Part shown: piece by piece, positions 36,671 through 49,674 of the stretch | How positions within the stretch are numbered: the first letter of the stretch is position 1 | Layout of the letters: each line of letters opens with the position of its first letter | NCBI GenBank assembly: GCA_013239625.1 | Contig: MU054323.1 | Location: 4,887,220 to 4,951,219 of the forward strand | Direction: 5' to 3' | Source: Lama guanicoe | Lineage: Eukaryota | Length of the DNA: 64,000 nucleotides | Position numbers and translations under genes: made by a program | Notes under the pieces: model-generated | The model's database searches: none | What the model was told of the DNA's origin: nothing | The model's input: the letters and a program-made list of their open reading frames with translations, nothing else

Positions 36671-37229
36671 CTAACACCAAAGATGCGAGGAAACCCAGGT
36701 ATTTAGATGCTCCAAAAGCCCCATCCTCATTAATATCTCACCTTCCTTCAGAAACTCTAACTGGTTCTTCTCTTAAAAGCATAGAATTAGACTCTAAATA
36801 ATAATGCTAACAAAGGAAAAATCAATTACCTAGAAAGTAATAGGCAGATTAACTCCTGGAAATTAGTATAAAGCTGTGAATAGTGATCCCATTCAAGAAA
36901 GCTTAAGAGCATTTTACAATAAGGAGATATATATATTCTTTTCTCCCCCCTGAGAATTAAGGTCATTAGTACAATGCCAAAGACCTAGGTAGATCCAGGA
37001 AGTGGCAGATGTATCAGTCCATCGAACCCTGTGTTCTATGCCCTCCTAGCACTGCAGTGTCCCGCTGCATAAGATCCTAGGTTAGGAAGTATGTTGAATT
37101 TTGGGGTGACTTCCTAGATAAACAGTGCATCAGCTCCAGCCCAATATTTAGCTCTTAGAGTTTATAAAGAGCACTTTTTTTTCCAACATGAGTTCCCGGA
37201 CTCTGAAATCTATAAAAAGGCTAACTCAA

Positions 37230-37360
37230 GAATGGTACTATATTCTATTTGTCCAAATGGCCCCAGTTATGGTTTTCAATGCTAGCATCTTACACAACCA
37301 TAGTACATTTGCCAAAGCTATGAGCTAAACTTTAGTGTGTCACTAGAAACTACAGACTTG
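37230..37360 (-). mobile_element. L1MC-like 3' UTR fragment
   Basis: catcttacacaaccatagtacatttgccaaagcta...aactacagactt. Confidence 0.6.
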
Positions 37361-38059
37361 GGATCCTCAGTTAGAATTTTTAATTCCTTTTTGTGGTACT
37401 TTGGCTGTCCACTAAGCATTTGCTTTGAGAGGTATCTTGATCCTCCCCAAAAGTTATTGAAGATTTCCTTAAACACAGGGAGAAGCAGGCAACAGTGACA
37501 AAATGGTTAATTTTAATATCGAGAGAATCGCTTTTTTCCACTCAAGATGGTTGGCATATGTGAGTATGGGATAAGGGCGGTATTTGTTTTCTCCCCTTTA
37601 AACAATTTCACAATCGAATGAGTCTCCAGCTTATCTCTTGCCTCAGTAACTCAGAGAGACGCCCACCACAGAGCTGTACCCAGCACTTACTGATAATCTA
37701 AGTCCTGCCCGTAACAGTCCCCTGTGTTCCCGGGGGAATATCCACACAGAGTCAGGAGGTAGTGAAGCAGAGCATCTATTTCCAGATACAGCCATGCTTG
37801 TCTTTGGTCAAATTGTGCTTTTTCTCCCCCCTCAATATTGCCCATTTCCTCTCCTGAAACACTGTCTTGAGGCTTCCTTCACAAAAAGAGCAGAGCAGGC
37901 TTTCAAGGGGCTGGTGCAAGGGGCTGGAAAGCAGAATTTGTGCCTGGAGTCCTAGTTCAGCTGGGCTATCTGGCACGGTGGCGCCCGGCTCCCTGGAGGT
38001 CAGAGGCAGTTGAAAGACCACAGAATTCAAAGTCCCAACCCACCTCACCGCCCACCGCC

Positions 38060-38240
38060 CAAGCCTGAATTTTGAGCCGGGCTTGAACATGTATGTACTG
38101 TGTGACCTTGGGACATGGCTTCAATCCTCCGTGCCTCAGTTTCACTTGTGGTGCAGCAATAACGATGCTGCCTTGTGGAGTTGTGAGGAACAGTCCAATG
38201 GCTCACACTCACGTCTGAAGGTAGTAGAGGCTCCACACAT
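38060..38240 (+). mobile_element. MIR SINE
   Basis: tgtgtgaccttggg...cttcaatcctccgtgcctcagtttc. Confidence 0.7.
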
Positions 38241-38299
38241 ACAACTCCTCCTCCTTAACCAGGCCCCTCATCAGGAAAAGAAAAATCAGATGCTGAGTT

Positions 38300-38965
38300 G
38301 ACAATCGAAGTGCCAATGGACATCATTACTCTGCTTTCTTGGACACCTTCCCTCCTTGAGGAATTCTGACTTGCTAGACTCTCGTGGCTGTCCGTTGCAA
38401 TTCTTAAGCTTATCCCTTAACCTAAAGTTCCCAGTTCTAACTGAAACCAAATAATTACTATCCAATAACTGAAACTTTCAATTTGGCCCCCAAGCCCCAT
38501 GTATGAGTAGCTTTATTTCCAACTCAGAGAAATCCGGGGCTCTTGATCTTCAACTGAACTCTAGTTTTAACCTGGCTTTCATGACCTTGCATGACCAGAG
38601 TCAACCTTACAAAGACAAACCTGACCTCCATTGCTTTTCAACGTGCATCCCTGGGTCTCCTATCTGCTTGGTTTCTCTTCTGAACCTCCTTAATATAATA
38701 GATAATTTTCTTTTCTTGTCTTTGGGAAGTTCCATCCTGCTGCCTCTCCAGCTCAATTCTCTAATCCATTCTGAGATCTTCTCTAGTTCACATCTCTCCT
38801 GACTCTGAGAGCTCACCAGAGTTTAGCACTCAGTGCTACTTTGTGCTCCAATTAATTCCTGGGCCTCTGTTTTGGTTCCCTAAAGGAAAGGTAAATATCT
38901 CATATGCAAAGACTTACATTTTTTGCTACCTCACAGTCGCACCTGCCATCCAGGATATCTTCAGT
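38300..38965 (+). mobile_element. Degraded L2 fragment
   Basis: Pyrimidine-rich L2-like blocks (ctggctttcatgaccttgcatgacc); weak match. Confidence 0.45.
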
Positions 38966-39439
38966 GAACACTTTGAAATTATTTGTTCTGGAGGCATTTA
39001 TTACACAAAATATAATTTGGATAAATCGCTATGTGCAAAATTATTTCAATGGGTCACTGTGTCCTGTGATATTGGTTAGTTAGAGAAGAGTGTCTTTTTC
39101 ACTTCCAGGAGCGAATCAAATTTTAAAAGCAACTTTAGAATCTCCAGTGAGGAAAGGTAAAGAATACAAAAAATATTTTGGGATTTCCTGGGTACCAAAA
39201 AAAAAAAATCATTAGCTAAGCTGTTCACATGTTGAAATTGAGGTCTCTGATAGGCATGGAGTCGAAAACTGGAATATATGGGTATTTAGAACTTTGAATA
39301 ACTTGGTTCTAGAAAATTCTAACTAAATGTATATAAAAGTCTCACAGAATTGTGCCTCAAATTTTCATGTTAATAAAAGTAATATCTATTTTGCCAAATT
39401 TAAATGAAGAAACCTCTTACAATGAAATGGGCCTTGTAA

Positions 39440-40370
39440 TATTGATAAATTTTCTGTGCTATTTTTTAAGAAGAAATGCCACGAAACTAGAAATAATACT
39501 ATAACAAACCCTCATGATTCCAACCCCCTGAATTGGTGGCTGTTTACATGTTGTCATTTTTTTTTAATATTGTCATGTCTTTAATTAAAAAAAAAATCTT
39601 AGGGATTGTTTGCTTTTTCCTCTCACAGCCAGTTCCATTTCCTATGCTCTTTCTTAGAGCTAATGGATGTCATAGCATGATCCTGCTAGCCTTTTCATAC
39701 ATATAACATGGCATATTTTATGTACGTGCTTAAACATTTTCCATAAGTGGTGTAGCGCTGTATGCATTTATCCATCTGAGTTTGCTTTTACCTCTCAGTA
39801 TTATAATTTCTCCATATGTGTGTATGAGTTTAGGTCTATTCTACACTCTGAATAGACCACATGTATTTATCGGTTCATATTTAATGGGTATTTAAGTTAT
39901 TTTCAGATTCGTTTGTTTGTGATTTTTTTCCTACTATAAACCACGCATTACAGGATGCACTGATCCAAAAATGCACACTTCTGAGACATGGAACATACGC
40001 ACTTTAAATGTTACTAGATGGTGCAAAATTATTTTCCAAAGTGGTTGCAACATATTACAGTCCCTAAAACAATATATGAAAGTACCAATTTCTGTTACCA
40101 AATCTTGCTATTGACAAAAACTTTATTGACTGAAAATTTGACTACTGACAAACCATCCTTGTTATTTTAAATTACAATCCTAGTTATTAGAGATGTGGAA
40201 TGTCTTTCCATATGTGCAGTTGCTATTTCAGTTTCTTTTTCTGTGAATTGCCTGTCTGTATTTTTACATTTTTCAACAGAGTAGGATATCTTTTTTTAAA
40301 TGATTTTTATTATTTTATAGATTGTAAATTCTAGAGCTGATACTAATTTTTGTAGGTAATTCCAATCTAT
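39440..40370 (-). mobile_element. Old L1ME-like 3' region
   Basis: attttccaaagtggttgcaac...tttcttttctgtgaattgcctg. Confidence 0.7.
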
Positions 40371-40377
40371 GATGAAT

Positions 40378-41890
40378 ATGAATTAGCAGGTAGGTTAAGG
40401 TGTTATAACAAAGTGGCTCATAAATATGTTAGCTCAAACAAAGTGGGTATTTAGTTATCACTAATATAAAAGTCTACTTTGGTGGGACAAGGCAGGTACC
40501 ACATCTCTATACTGTAACAGATCCAAGCTACTTCTTTCTTCTTTCTCTGCTGTCATTAAAATCTCCATCTCATAGTTCAAGATGATCAGTCCAGCTGCCA
40601 CCATCATAAAAGCATGTAGCTGGTAAGAAGGGAGAAATTGTAAAGGGAGGATCTATCTCCTTCTTAAGGACGTGACTTGGTCACTCACAGCACTTGCTTT
40701 CATTTTACATTGGCCAAAACTTACTTATATGGCCACCCTTATCTCCAAGGGAGTTTGTGAAATACAGTCATTTAGCTGCACACCAGTGTGCACAGCTGAA
40801 ATTCTAGTGTTATAGAAGGGAAGAGCCATTGGCTTTGGGCTTGCAAATCATGGTGTTGTCACAATCCCCCCTCTTTGGAGATCAAACTTTTCAAATGCAC
40901 CCTTATTTCCAAAATGAAACAAGTTCACTTCTTCTCTAAGAGAGACAACACAACGTCCCACCTAATAACTGCATCTCTTTACTAGAGCTCCAATTCGAGG
41001 GTTCCTCGGTAATACGCAAACTTCTCCAGCAAGCCTAGATAACGTCTCTTACCACTGCTTAAATTTTGGATTTTAACCCTGGAATCTCCAAATGAATTAG
41101 AGACAGTTCTCAGGCAGAGAGAGTCTCCCTCTGTAGAGTTTCCTCATTTCCTCTCTGCTTGCAAACTCACTTAAGTACAAACTGAGTTTATCTTTCTCAT
41201 AGAAGTTTCCTAAAATTGCCAAGAATAAGGCTGTTAACACCCACATTTCGTATTTTGTAGATGTGACTGAAGTTCATAATCAGTTGACTCTTAAAATCAA
41301 TCTGAGTTGGCCTGGTTCAGTCGGTTGAAAAGTCTTAAAAGTGGAGCTGAAGCTTCCCTGAAGAAGAAATTTCTTGTGTGGACAGCAGTTATAGCCCATG
41401 CCTAATGGTTCCACTCTGTCCTTGATGGCCTGCCCTCTGGATTTTAGACTTGCCTAGCAAGCCCTCACAATCACGTAAGCCATGTAGATGGCTACATAGA
41501 TGAGATGATGAAGATAGATAGGTTATAGATGATAGATTGACTGATAGATGGATGATAGATATTGATAACTAGGGAGATCCTACTGGATCTGTTTCTGTCG
41601 TTGAAGGGTGAACCCTGACCCATAAATATAGTTACTGACTCTTTGGCTAGAAGTTTGTGTCCTGCGTAGCTGTTGCCTGAGCGAATGTCAATGATGTCAT
41701 TTTAGTTTTGTTGCGACAGGATTCCACTTTATTAGCAAAATCTGTATTAGTTAAGTGTAAGTTAAGAGACTACAACAGAGAAAACCTAAGATTCAAAGGC
41801 ATCAATGAGCCAGAAGTTCACTTTGTTCATACACGAAGTTTGGGTAAATCATCCAGAGCTGGCATGGCTGTTCAATGTTGACATCCTTTA
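40378..41890 (-). mobile_element. MaLR (MLT1J/K-like) provirus remnant: 3' LTR, internal segment and part of the 5' LTR
   Basis: LTR at ~40378-40863 ending tgtcaca, adjacent atccccctcttt (PPT on the minus strand), and a second same-orientation LTR edge tgtattagtt at ~41743. Confidence 0.6.
41250..41628 (+). mobile_element. ERVL LTR (MLT2D-like) containing a (GATA)n-like tract
   Basis: tattttgtagatgtg...cataatcagttgact...cctgccctctggattttagacttgcc...cctactggatctgtttct...gaaccctgac. Confidence 0.8.
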
Positions 41891-41899
41891 CTTATAAAA

Positions 41900-42900
41900 C
41901 AGTAAGTTTTAAAAAGTACCACCTTATTTTTCTACTACATCAAAGTTAAGTATTCTATTTGTTTTCTTATCTGTTTGTACATTTGTTTTTAAAAATTCTA
42001 ACATATGTTTTATATTTTAAAAACATTTTAAAATGTGATCTGTTTTATTTTCCTCCAGAAATAAGGCCTTAGACTCTTTTAACTTCTCTCATTCTAACTA
42101 CCCTCTTCCCAATTCCATGCCTTATTCTTAAAATTTTTATTCTAGTTCACTTTGCAATAAAATAATTCATGTTGTTATCATGATAATGTATAATTAATTT
42201 GTAATTAGATTTAAAATGTAATCAATTTCCTTTGTAAATATTTTGTATTTTATTATTAAATTTGAATTATTTTAATTTTTTCATTTCAGTCTCCTTTTAG
42301 TGCTTTGCTAAGCTTTTCTAAGCTTGACAATGTCTTTATGCAGCCCTCATTCTCGAGTTCTAATTTAGACCTGCATAGACAGTTATTTCACCCAACCTTT
42401 TGGAACTATTGCAGCTTTGTCTTCTAGCAGATATTATTGGTGATGAGAAATTTGCTGTCATTCTCATCATCAATCATTATAGAAATGGCAAAGTGGCTAG
42501 GGTCAGCGTCTGAGAGGGATGGTACCTTTCAGTCACAGCATACTAAAAAGATGCAAAGGTTAATCCCTATTCACACATAGAGAACTGGGTTCTTGTTGCT
42601 TACCAAATAGAAGATGCACTTGGCATCTGTTCCTCGGCTGGCATTGAAAATTGAACCAGATCATTTATATGTAGCCCTGACTTCCCATAGATCCTTTGGC
42701 TCTAGGTTTTTCTCTCTGCCTTACTCAGAAATTGTGCTCATGACTTTGAGTATAAACATTTATCCAGACATTTATTTAAAATTTTAAAACTTATTTTGTA
42801 TATCATGTCTATGTGTTTTGAATAGAGGGTTAGATTTTGCATTGCTTACACTTCCATTTTGTAATTTTCAATGTTTTTAAGGCAAAATACCCGAGCCATT
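41900..42900 (-). mobile_element. Decayed L1/HAL1-like region
   Basis: T-rich strand with gtcttctagcagatattattggtgatgagaaatttgctgtcattct (antisense ORF1-like). Confidence 0.45.
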
Positions 42901-44652
42901 ATTATTTTAATGCATATTGTTCCCTAGTTATAAATGTAATGTGTGTTAGTTACAAAAATTAGAACATTACTGAATCACATTTTCTTAACATCTTTCCTAG
43001 AAAATGAGGCACTTTTAATAACATTAAAATGTAGGGCTGAGATGCCAGCAATGATCTTTCAACCAAATAATGCAAAGACTTTTAAAAAGCAATTGTATAT
43101 TAACAATTCTCTCCAATTCTTTTAATCAATCTGGGCACGTTTTGAATTTGTTCTGATGGTCACTGATGCCTCATATTCCATTATTTGGACCAATTTTGTA
43201 GCAATATTGACTGACAAATTACAGGTTTTGATATGTTATTAATATTTACAGAGCACCCATCCCAGGTTTATCACTAATGTCACCTTGAGTGGAAGAATGA
43301 TGCTCAAACATTATTTAAATTTATGGCAACGAGCAAAGGCAATTATTATTATTATTATTATTTTTATTTTAGAAATCGATGCAAAGAGTTCAACTCCAGT
43401 GGCTATCACATAGAATATTTATAACCCTGGATTGCTGTCAACTTTTCTATGAAGAAAGAAAGTTTAGGAAAGCGAATAACTACAACCACAGATAAAGCAT
43501 AAGCCCTAAGGAAAATAATGCTACTCATTCTCATCTTGCTTTTCTAGAAATAAATTTATATTCCTAAGATTCTTAAAAGACTGAGGGAGAGGAACATTGC
43601 TTTGTAAGTTGCCCTAAACCTGGGAACACAGTGAGGGGGCTGGCCCTCTTGGCAGAAAGACAAGGAGGAGAAAGGAGGAGACAGAACTTCCCAGTGGGCT
43701 GGGGCAGGCGCAGCTCAGTTGCTACTGTCCTCGTCACGATGACCCTCCCTGCAGAAGAGAAAAATAAAGCAGGGGCCCTTTGTCTCCTTTCCTCTGAAAA
43801 GCGCAGCATTTATATCCAGACTCTTTCAGTTGGACATCACGACATTTTAGTTGAGACATGCATACGTGTCTTACAATATTTAGGGAGGTCACACAGTCCA
43901 GGGCTCTTTTCTGAGGAGAAGCTGAGAAGCTGAGTTTCAGACAAGAATTGAGGTCAGAGTCTGATTTAAGTCAAGGTTAAAGAAGGTAGCCCACTGTTCT
44001 AAATCCTCCAGCCAACCTCCCTTGAGGTTTAAGCAACCAGTAAGAACTCCTATCTCTCTCCAGCCACTTTGATGCCACTTTATAATAGTTCAGATTCCAT
44101 AAGCCAACACTCAGGACTCCATGTTTCAGAAGGTCACTGTTAATTCAGAGTTTGAACAGTAGCATTGTCATCCCTCTCCCCTCCCCGAGACATCCACCTG
44201 GTTAGCAGAAGTGCTTGCTCAGCAGATTCTTTATATCATAGTCCCAGGTTGGCATCATATGCAACCTAAGGACATGACTTTGAAATTCTCCTTTATTTTC
44301 ACTAACTAGTGATCCCATTTTTTCTTTTGAATTTTTTCCTTCATTGTTTTAAGCTAAAATTTTTGTTAGATACTGCCCAGCACTTGCATATGTTTATACT
44401 CAGAGCCAGCCAGGTGGGTTTGAGGTTTGCAATGGTTTCAGCCCTTTCAGATTTCTAAGAAATCTACTTTTACTCTGATAATTAATGTCCAGTTGTGTAA
44501 ATGAATAACTATATTCTTCATAACTGGAATTTCCAATTAGTCATTACCATTTTGTTTCTCTTATTTAAATGAGTTTTATCTCTTTAAACATCACAATCTT
44601 GAGTGTTTTAAAAGTTATTTCAGATCATTTATAATTTATAAATTCTTGGTGT

Positions 44653-45055
44653 TATATTAGTCAGCTTGAGTAGCCATAATAAGATACCACAGACTGGGTG
44701 GCTTAAACAGTAGAATTTATTTTCACACAGTTATGGAGGCTAGAAAACCAAGATAAAGGTGCCAGCAGGGTTGGTTCCTGCTGAGACCTCTCTTCTTGGC
44801 TCGCAGACAGCCCTCTTCTTGCTGTATATTCACATGGCCTTTCTTCTGTGTGCACAGGGAGCAAGAGACAGAGAGAGATCTCTGTTGTCTCTTTCTCTTC
44901 TTATAAAGACACCAGTTCTATTGGATTAGGGCTCCATTCTTATACTCTTATTTGACATTAATTATCTCTTTAAAAACCCTATTTCTAAATATAGTCACGT
45001 TAGGGTTAGGGCTTCATTATGTGAATGTTTGGGAGACACAATTTAGTTTATAACA
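44653..45055 (-). mobile_element. MaLR solo LTR (MLT1A-like)
   Basis: ataccacagactgggtggcttaaac...ggaggctagaaaaccaagat...cttcttataaagacaccagt...tataaca. Confidence 0.9.
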
Positions 45056-45303
45056 CAGTCCAAAATTGTTGCTTTGCTCAGGTTGCTGATTTATCAGTCT
45101 GGTGACTTATTTCCTCAAAACAAAATATAAACTAAAAATGTTTAAATCTGAAAAAAACTTCAAAATATGATTATAATGCTCAAAGAGATAAAAGGAAAAA
45201 AATGATAAAAAATAACTAAATAAAATTTCCAAAATTGAAAAATTACTAAATTAAATGAATACACATTTGTCATTTGGGGCAAATAACACATCCCACAGTG
45301 TTA

Positions 45304-45746
45304 TCTTTAAAACATGCATACACATTTAGTACACATGTATATGTTTCTTTAAGAGCTCATCTCCAGTGTTATCCCACACCCACTATACTTGCTCTGGATA
45401 TGACAGGAATCCCTGCACAGTAATTTTGCACTTTACTTCCCACAGTTCTTGGTGTTTTAGCCATTCTAAATGTGTGGGTTTTTTTCTGGATCTTTTCTTG
45501 CTCAAGATTTCTACAAGATAAAGGTATTTTGATTTGGGACCACAGGATCTGAAATTTAGATTCCAGTGAGAGATCTGGAGAATCTGGCAAAGATTGATAG
45601 GTGGATGTATAGAAAGATTAGATTCTCTACCTAATATTATTAAATATCACATAATATTTCTGTATCATTTTCTCAAACATACTCAAGGGACAGTCTCTTT
45701 AAAACATGCATACACATTTAGTACACATGTATATGTTTCTTTAAGA
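45304..45746 (+). repeat. Perfect 51-bp direct repeat (45304-45354 and 45696-45746)
   Basis: tctttaaaacatgcatacacatttagtacacatgtatatgtttctttaaga occurs twice. Confidence 0.95.
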
Positions 45747-46275
45747 AATTCTGCTGAATTCCATAATTCTAATGAAGATGTGCCACAATATTCAGTTTTC
45801 CTTCTGCCATAAAAACAACAAAAACAACAACAGCAAAACAGCAATGGTAGGGAGGGGACTCTTCGGTGTGTTTACTGGGATATGATGACAATGTACTGTA
45901 CGAAATGCAACTGTTGTGTGACTGGTTACTCCGTGGATCTATTTAACTGATTATACACACTTATGGAAGCTTTAAATCGCATGGGTCTATTGTTTACATT
46001 TGATTACACGTTGATTTCGTGGTCCCTTCTTAATGCCAGCATCAATAAGGCTTTCAGTCCAGGCGGGGAGAAGTGCCAACAAAGACATCCAAGGTCGTTA
46101 ATGTGCGACAGACACTGGAGTCCGTGCTAAAATCTCTTGATTCATTTCATATCTATAGAAACGAATATGTGGTAGATATAATTTAATTTTCCAAGTATCA
46201 CAAATCAGGACATCAAGTCTCATAGAAATTTACCATCCCAAGTTTTCCAGCTACCAGTACAAGAACAGTACTTGA

Positions 46276-48207
46276 GAATTCCAGGAAGGAAGGAATCAAG
46301 ATGGTGGAATAGGAAGACCCTGAGCTCACTTCCCTTTAGGAACACATCAAAACTAAACACACAGAGCGACTCTTGTGAGAACAACCTGGAGACTAGGAGA
46401 ATGGCTCCTCTACAACCAAGGTTATGAAAACAGAACTACACAGAGTCCGGCAAGAGGGAAGGAAAAGCAATCAAGTTGGGACCCACACCCCTAGCAGGTG
46501 ACCCAGAAGAGGAGCGGGATATTGCAGGCTCAGGGATCCTCCTTGAAGAGCAGGGGTTTAAAGCCCCATATTAGGCACTTCAGCCCTGGGGTCTGGCATC
46601 AGGAAGACAAACCCCCTTGGCTAGTTTGAAAACCAATTATGCTTACCAGAGGGCTGTAATAAATCAAGACTTTGTTCTTGAACAGAGTTTGCATAGATTT
46701 GCTTGCCCTTAGACCCAGTACAGAGGCAGCAGATTGAAAACTGCTTGGTGCTGTGGCCAGCCTGCCAGGACTGCCCCAGCAGGCCCCCCACACTGCACTG
46801 GGCTCTTGCTCCAGCCCCTCAGGCCCTGACACTGCCCCCACCCAAGGTGGAGACCACCACTGTATGCCACAGAAGGGAGAGGAACCAAATCAGAACCGCT
46901 GTTCCCATGCCTCAGGCCCAGCTCAGCCCCCGTCCAAGGCTGACCTCCATCACTCCATGGATAGCTACGTGTAGAAAAGGAAATTAGAACTTTTTTTCCA
47001 CATCATTTATAAAAGTAAACTCAAAATGCATTGAACACCTAAATTTAAGATCTGAAACCATAAAACTCTTAGAAGAAAACATAGCCAGTACTTTCTTTGG
47101 CACTGGTCTTAGCAATGCTTTTTTTTAGATTTGCCTCCTCGGGCAGGGGAAACAAAAGGAAAATTAAACGATTGGGACATAATCGAACGTTAAAGCTTTT
47201 GCATAATGAAGGAAACCATTAACAAAATAAAAAGGCAACCTACGGAATGAGGGAAGACATTTGCAAATAGCATGTCTGATAAGACATTCATATGCAAAAT
47301 ATATAATGAAAGCATACAACTCAGTGTCAAAAAAACAAACAGCCAGATTAAAAAATGGGCAGAAGACCTGAAAATGCATTTTTCCAATGAAGACAGACAA
47401 ATGGTCAACAGACAGATGAAAAGATACTCGACATCACCAATCATCAGGGAAATAATATAAATCAAAACCACAATGAGATATCATTTTATACCTATGAGAA
47501 CGGCTGTCCTCAAAAAGACAAGAAATAGCAAGTGTCAGGGAGGATGCAGAGAAAAGGGAACCCTAGTACAGTGCTGTGGGGCTGTAAATTGGTATAGCCA
47601 TTTGCATGGTATAGCCAAAACAGTATGGAGGGTCCTCTAAAAATTAAAAATAGAACTACCATATGATCCAGCAATTCCACTCATGGGTATTCATCCAAAG
47701 AGAATGAGAACACTAATTGGAAAAGGTATGTGCACCCCAGTGTTCATGGCAGCATTATTTACAATAGTCAAGATATGAAAGCAACCTCACTGCCATTCAA
47801 AAGAATGAAATCTTGCCATTTATAACAACATGGATGGACCCACAGGATATTATGCTTAGTGAAACAAGTCAGAGAGAGAAAGACAAAAACAGTATTTTTC
47901 CACTTATATGTGGAATCTAAAAAATGAAAGAAATGAACAAATATAACGAAAAGAAACAGACTCACAGAGAACAGACCGTTGGTAGCCAAATGGGGGAGAG
48001 GGAGGGAAAAATAGGTGAAGAGGATTAAGAGTAATGAACTACCAGGTATAAAATGGATAAGTTACAAGAATGTAATATACAGCATAGGAAATATAGCCTA
48101 TATCATAATAACTATATGAAATATAATCTATAAAAATATCAAATTACTATGCTGTACACCTGAAACTAATGTAATATTACAAGGCAACTATATTTCAATT
48201 AAAAAAA
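46276..48207 (+). mobile_element. Internally deleted L1: 5'UTR joined to ORF2 C-terminus, 3'UTR and A-tail
   Basis: caagatggtgg 5' motif at ~46297; abrupt switch to ORF2 sequence at ~46957; ORF 47272-47460 ([28 protein letters not shown]) is ORF2p-like; ends ttcaattaaaaaaa. Confidence 0.85.
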
Positions 48208-48271
48208 CAGAATCTGAATCTCAGATTTTATTTCAAAATACATATTTTCTATAGAAAATCCTTTTGTCTTA

Positions 48272-48413
48272 TTTTTTTTAAACTACTTTTTTTTTTTTTT
48301 GGTGGGGGGAAGGATTAGGTTTATTTATTTACTTTGATGGAGGCAATAGGGATGAACCCAGGACCTCTTGCATGCTAGGCAGGCACTCTACCACTGAGGT
48401 ACACCCTCCCCCT
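48272..48413 (-). mobile_element. Camelid tRNA-derived SINE (Vic-1-like)
   Basis: Minus strand has A-box-like ctcagtggtagag, B-box-like gggttcatccc and an A-tail; perfect 18-bp TSD gaaaatccttttgtctta at 48254-48271 and 48414-48431. Confidence 0.9.
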
Positions 48414-49194
48414 GAAAATCCTTTTGTCTTAGAATTTAAAACTGTATTAAAATATGCCTTTAATAACATCATGCATTTCAACATACACCCTTGTAATTTA
48501 GTCACACTTTGCAAATATAATCTTTCATCCAGATCTTTTGTTTTGTTTTGTTTTCAGTAACTACTGGCAATAGTTATTCATTTTGAGTAATAAGAAAAAA
48601 GAAAAGTGTGGAGGAGAAACTCTTGTTTTCAATCTGGGAAAGAAATGTGTAGGTGAAGTTTTGAGAAAGGCTGCATCCTGGGATTATATTAGCTCAAGTG
48701 ATACAAGAGAAGCCCAAATACATTCTGAATGCATGAGAAATTATTGCAAAATATATCATATTTGATGTACTTAAAAAAAAAAGATCCTCTGCCCTGGATC
48801 CACAAGGAAAAATGAAAATAACGTACAAAATGTGACCCCAGACCTACTTTACTCAGCCTACCATGCAACTCCATGGGAAGAAGGTCTCCCTCACAAAAGT
48901 GTCCATAAACCAGGTTAAGATAGGGTTTCCTATTGATCAAAAGCATTTTTAGTTTTGCCTAAGTGTTTCCATTTGAAGCGGCAACATCTTTAGAGCCAAG
49001 AATCTACATGGGATTACACAGGCACATAGCTTCAGACGATCCAGTGCAAAGCTCAGACTGCTGGTTGTAATGACCACTCTCCGCAGATTTTTCAAAGTAG
49101 TTCCAATTTCAAAAATTATGTTCCATCGCCATTTTATGTTTAATTAAGCATATTTCTCACAATCATAGGTCTTTATTGAAAAATCAAACATAGA

Positions 49195-49674
49195 CAGGCA
49201 TACTCCAGAAATAGCATAGGTTTGATTCCAAATCACCACAATAAAGCAAATACTGCAATGAAGCAAGTCACACAAATTCTTTTGTTTCCTACTGTATATC
49301 AAAGATATGTTTACACTGTACTGTGATCTATCAAGTGTGCAATAGCACCGTATCCAGGAAAACAGCGCACGTACCTTAACCCCAAAATAGTTTATTGCTA
49401 AAAAATGCTAATGAGTGAGTTCAACAAGTCATAGTAGTAACATCAAAGATCGCTGATCGCAGATCACCATAACCAATATAATAATAATAAAAACATATGA
49501 AATACCCTGAGAATTACGAAAATGTGACACAGAGACACGAATAAGCAAATGCTATTGGTAAAATGGCACCAAAGGACTTGCTTGACACGGGGTTGCCACA
49601 CACTTCCACTTTGTAAAAAATGCAGTATCTGCAAAGCACAATAAAGTGAAGAGCAACAGAACGAGGTGCGCCTG
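49195..49674. mobile_element. Tigger1-derived MITE (internal deletion product)
   Basis: Ends caggcatact... and ...acgaggtgcgcctg; body matches both Tigger1 termini as recalled. Confidence 0.85.

Noticed and set aside
45882..45950. Possible C/D-box snoRNA (ATGATGA...CTGA about 70 nt apart)
   Set aside because: No convincing terminal stem and no recognisable rRNA or snRNA guide; such box pairs are frequent by chance
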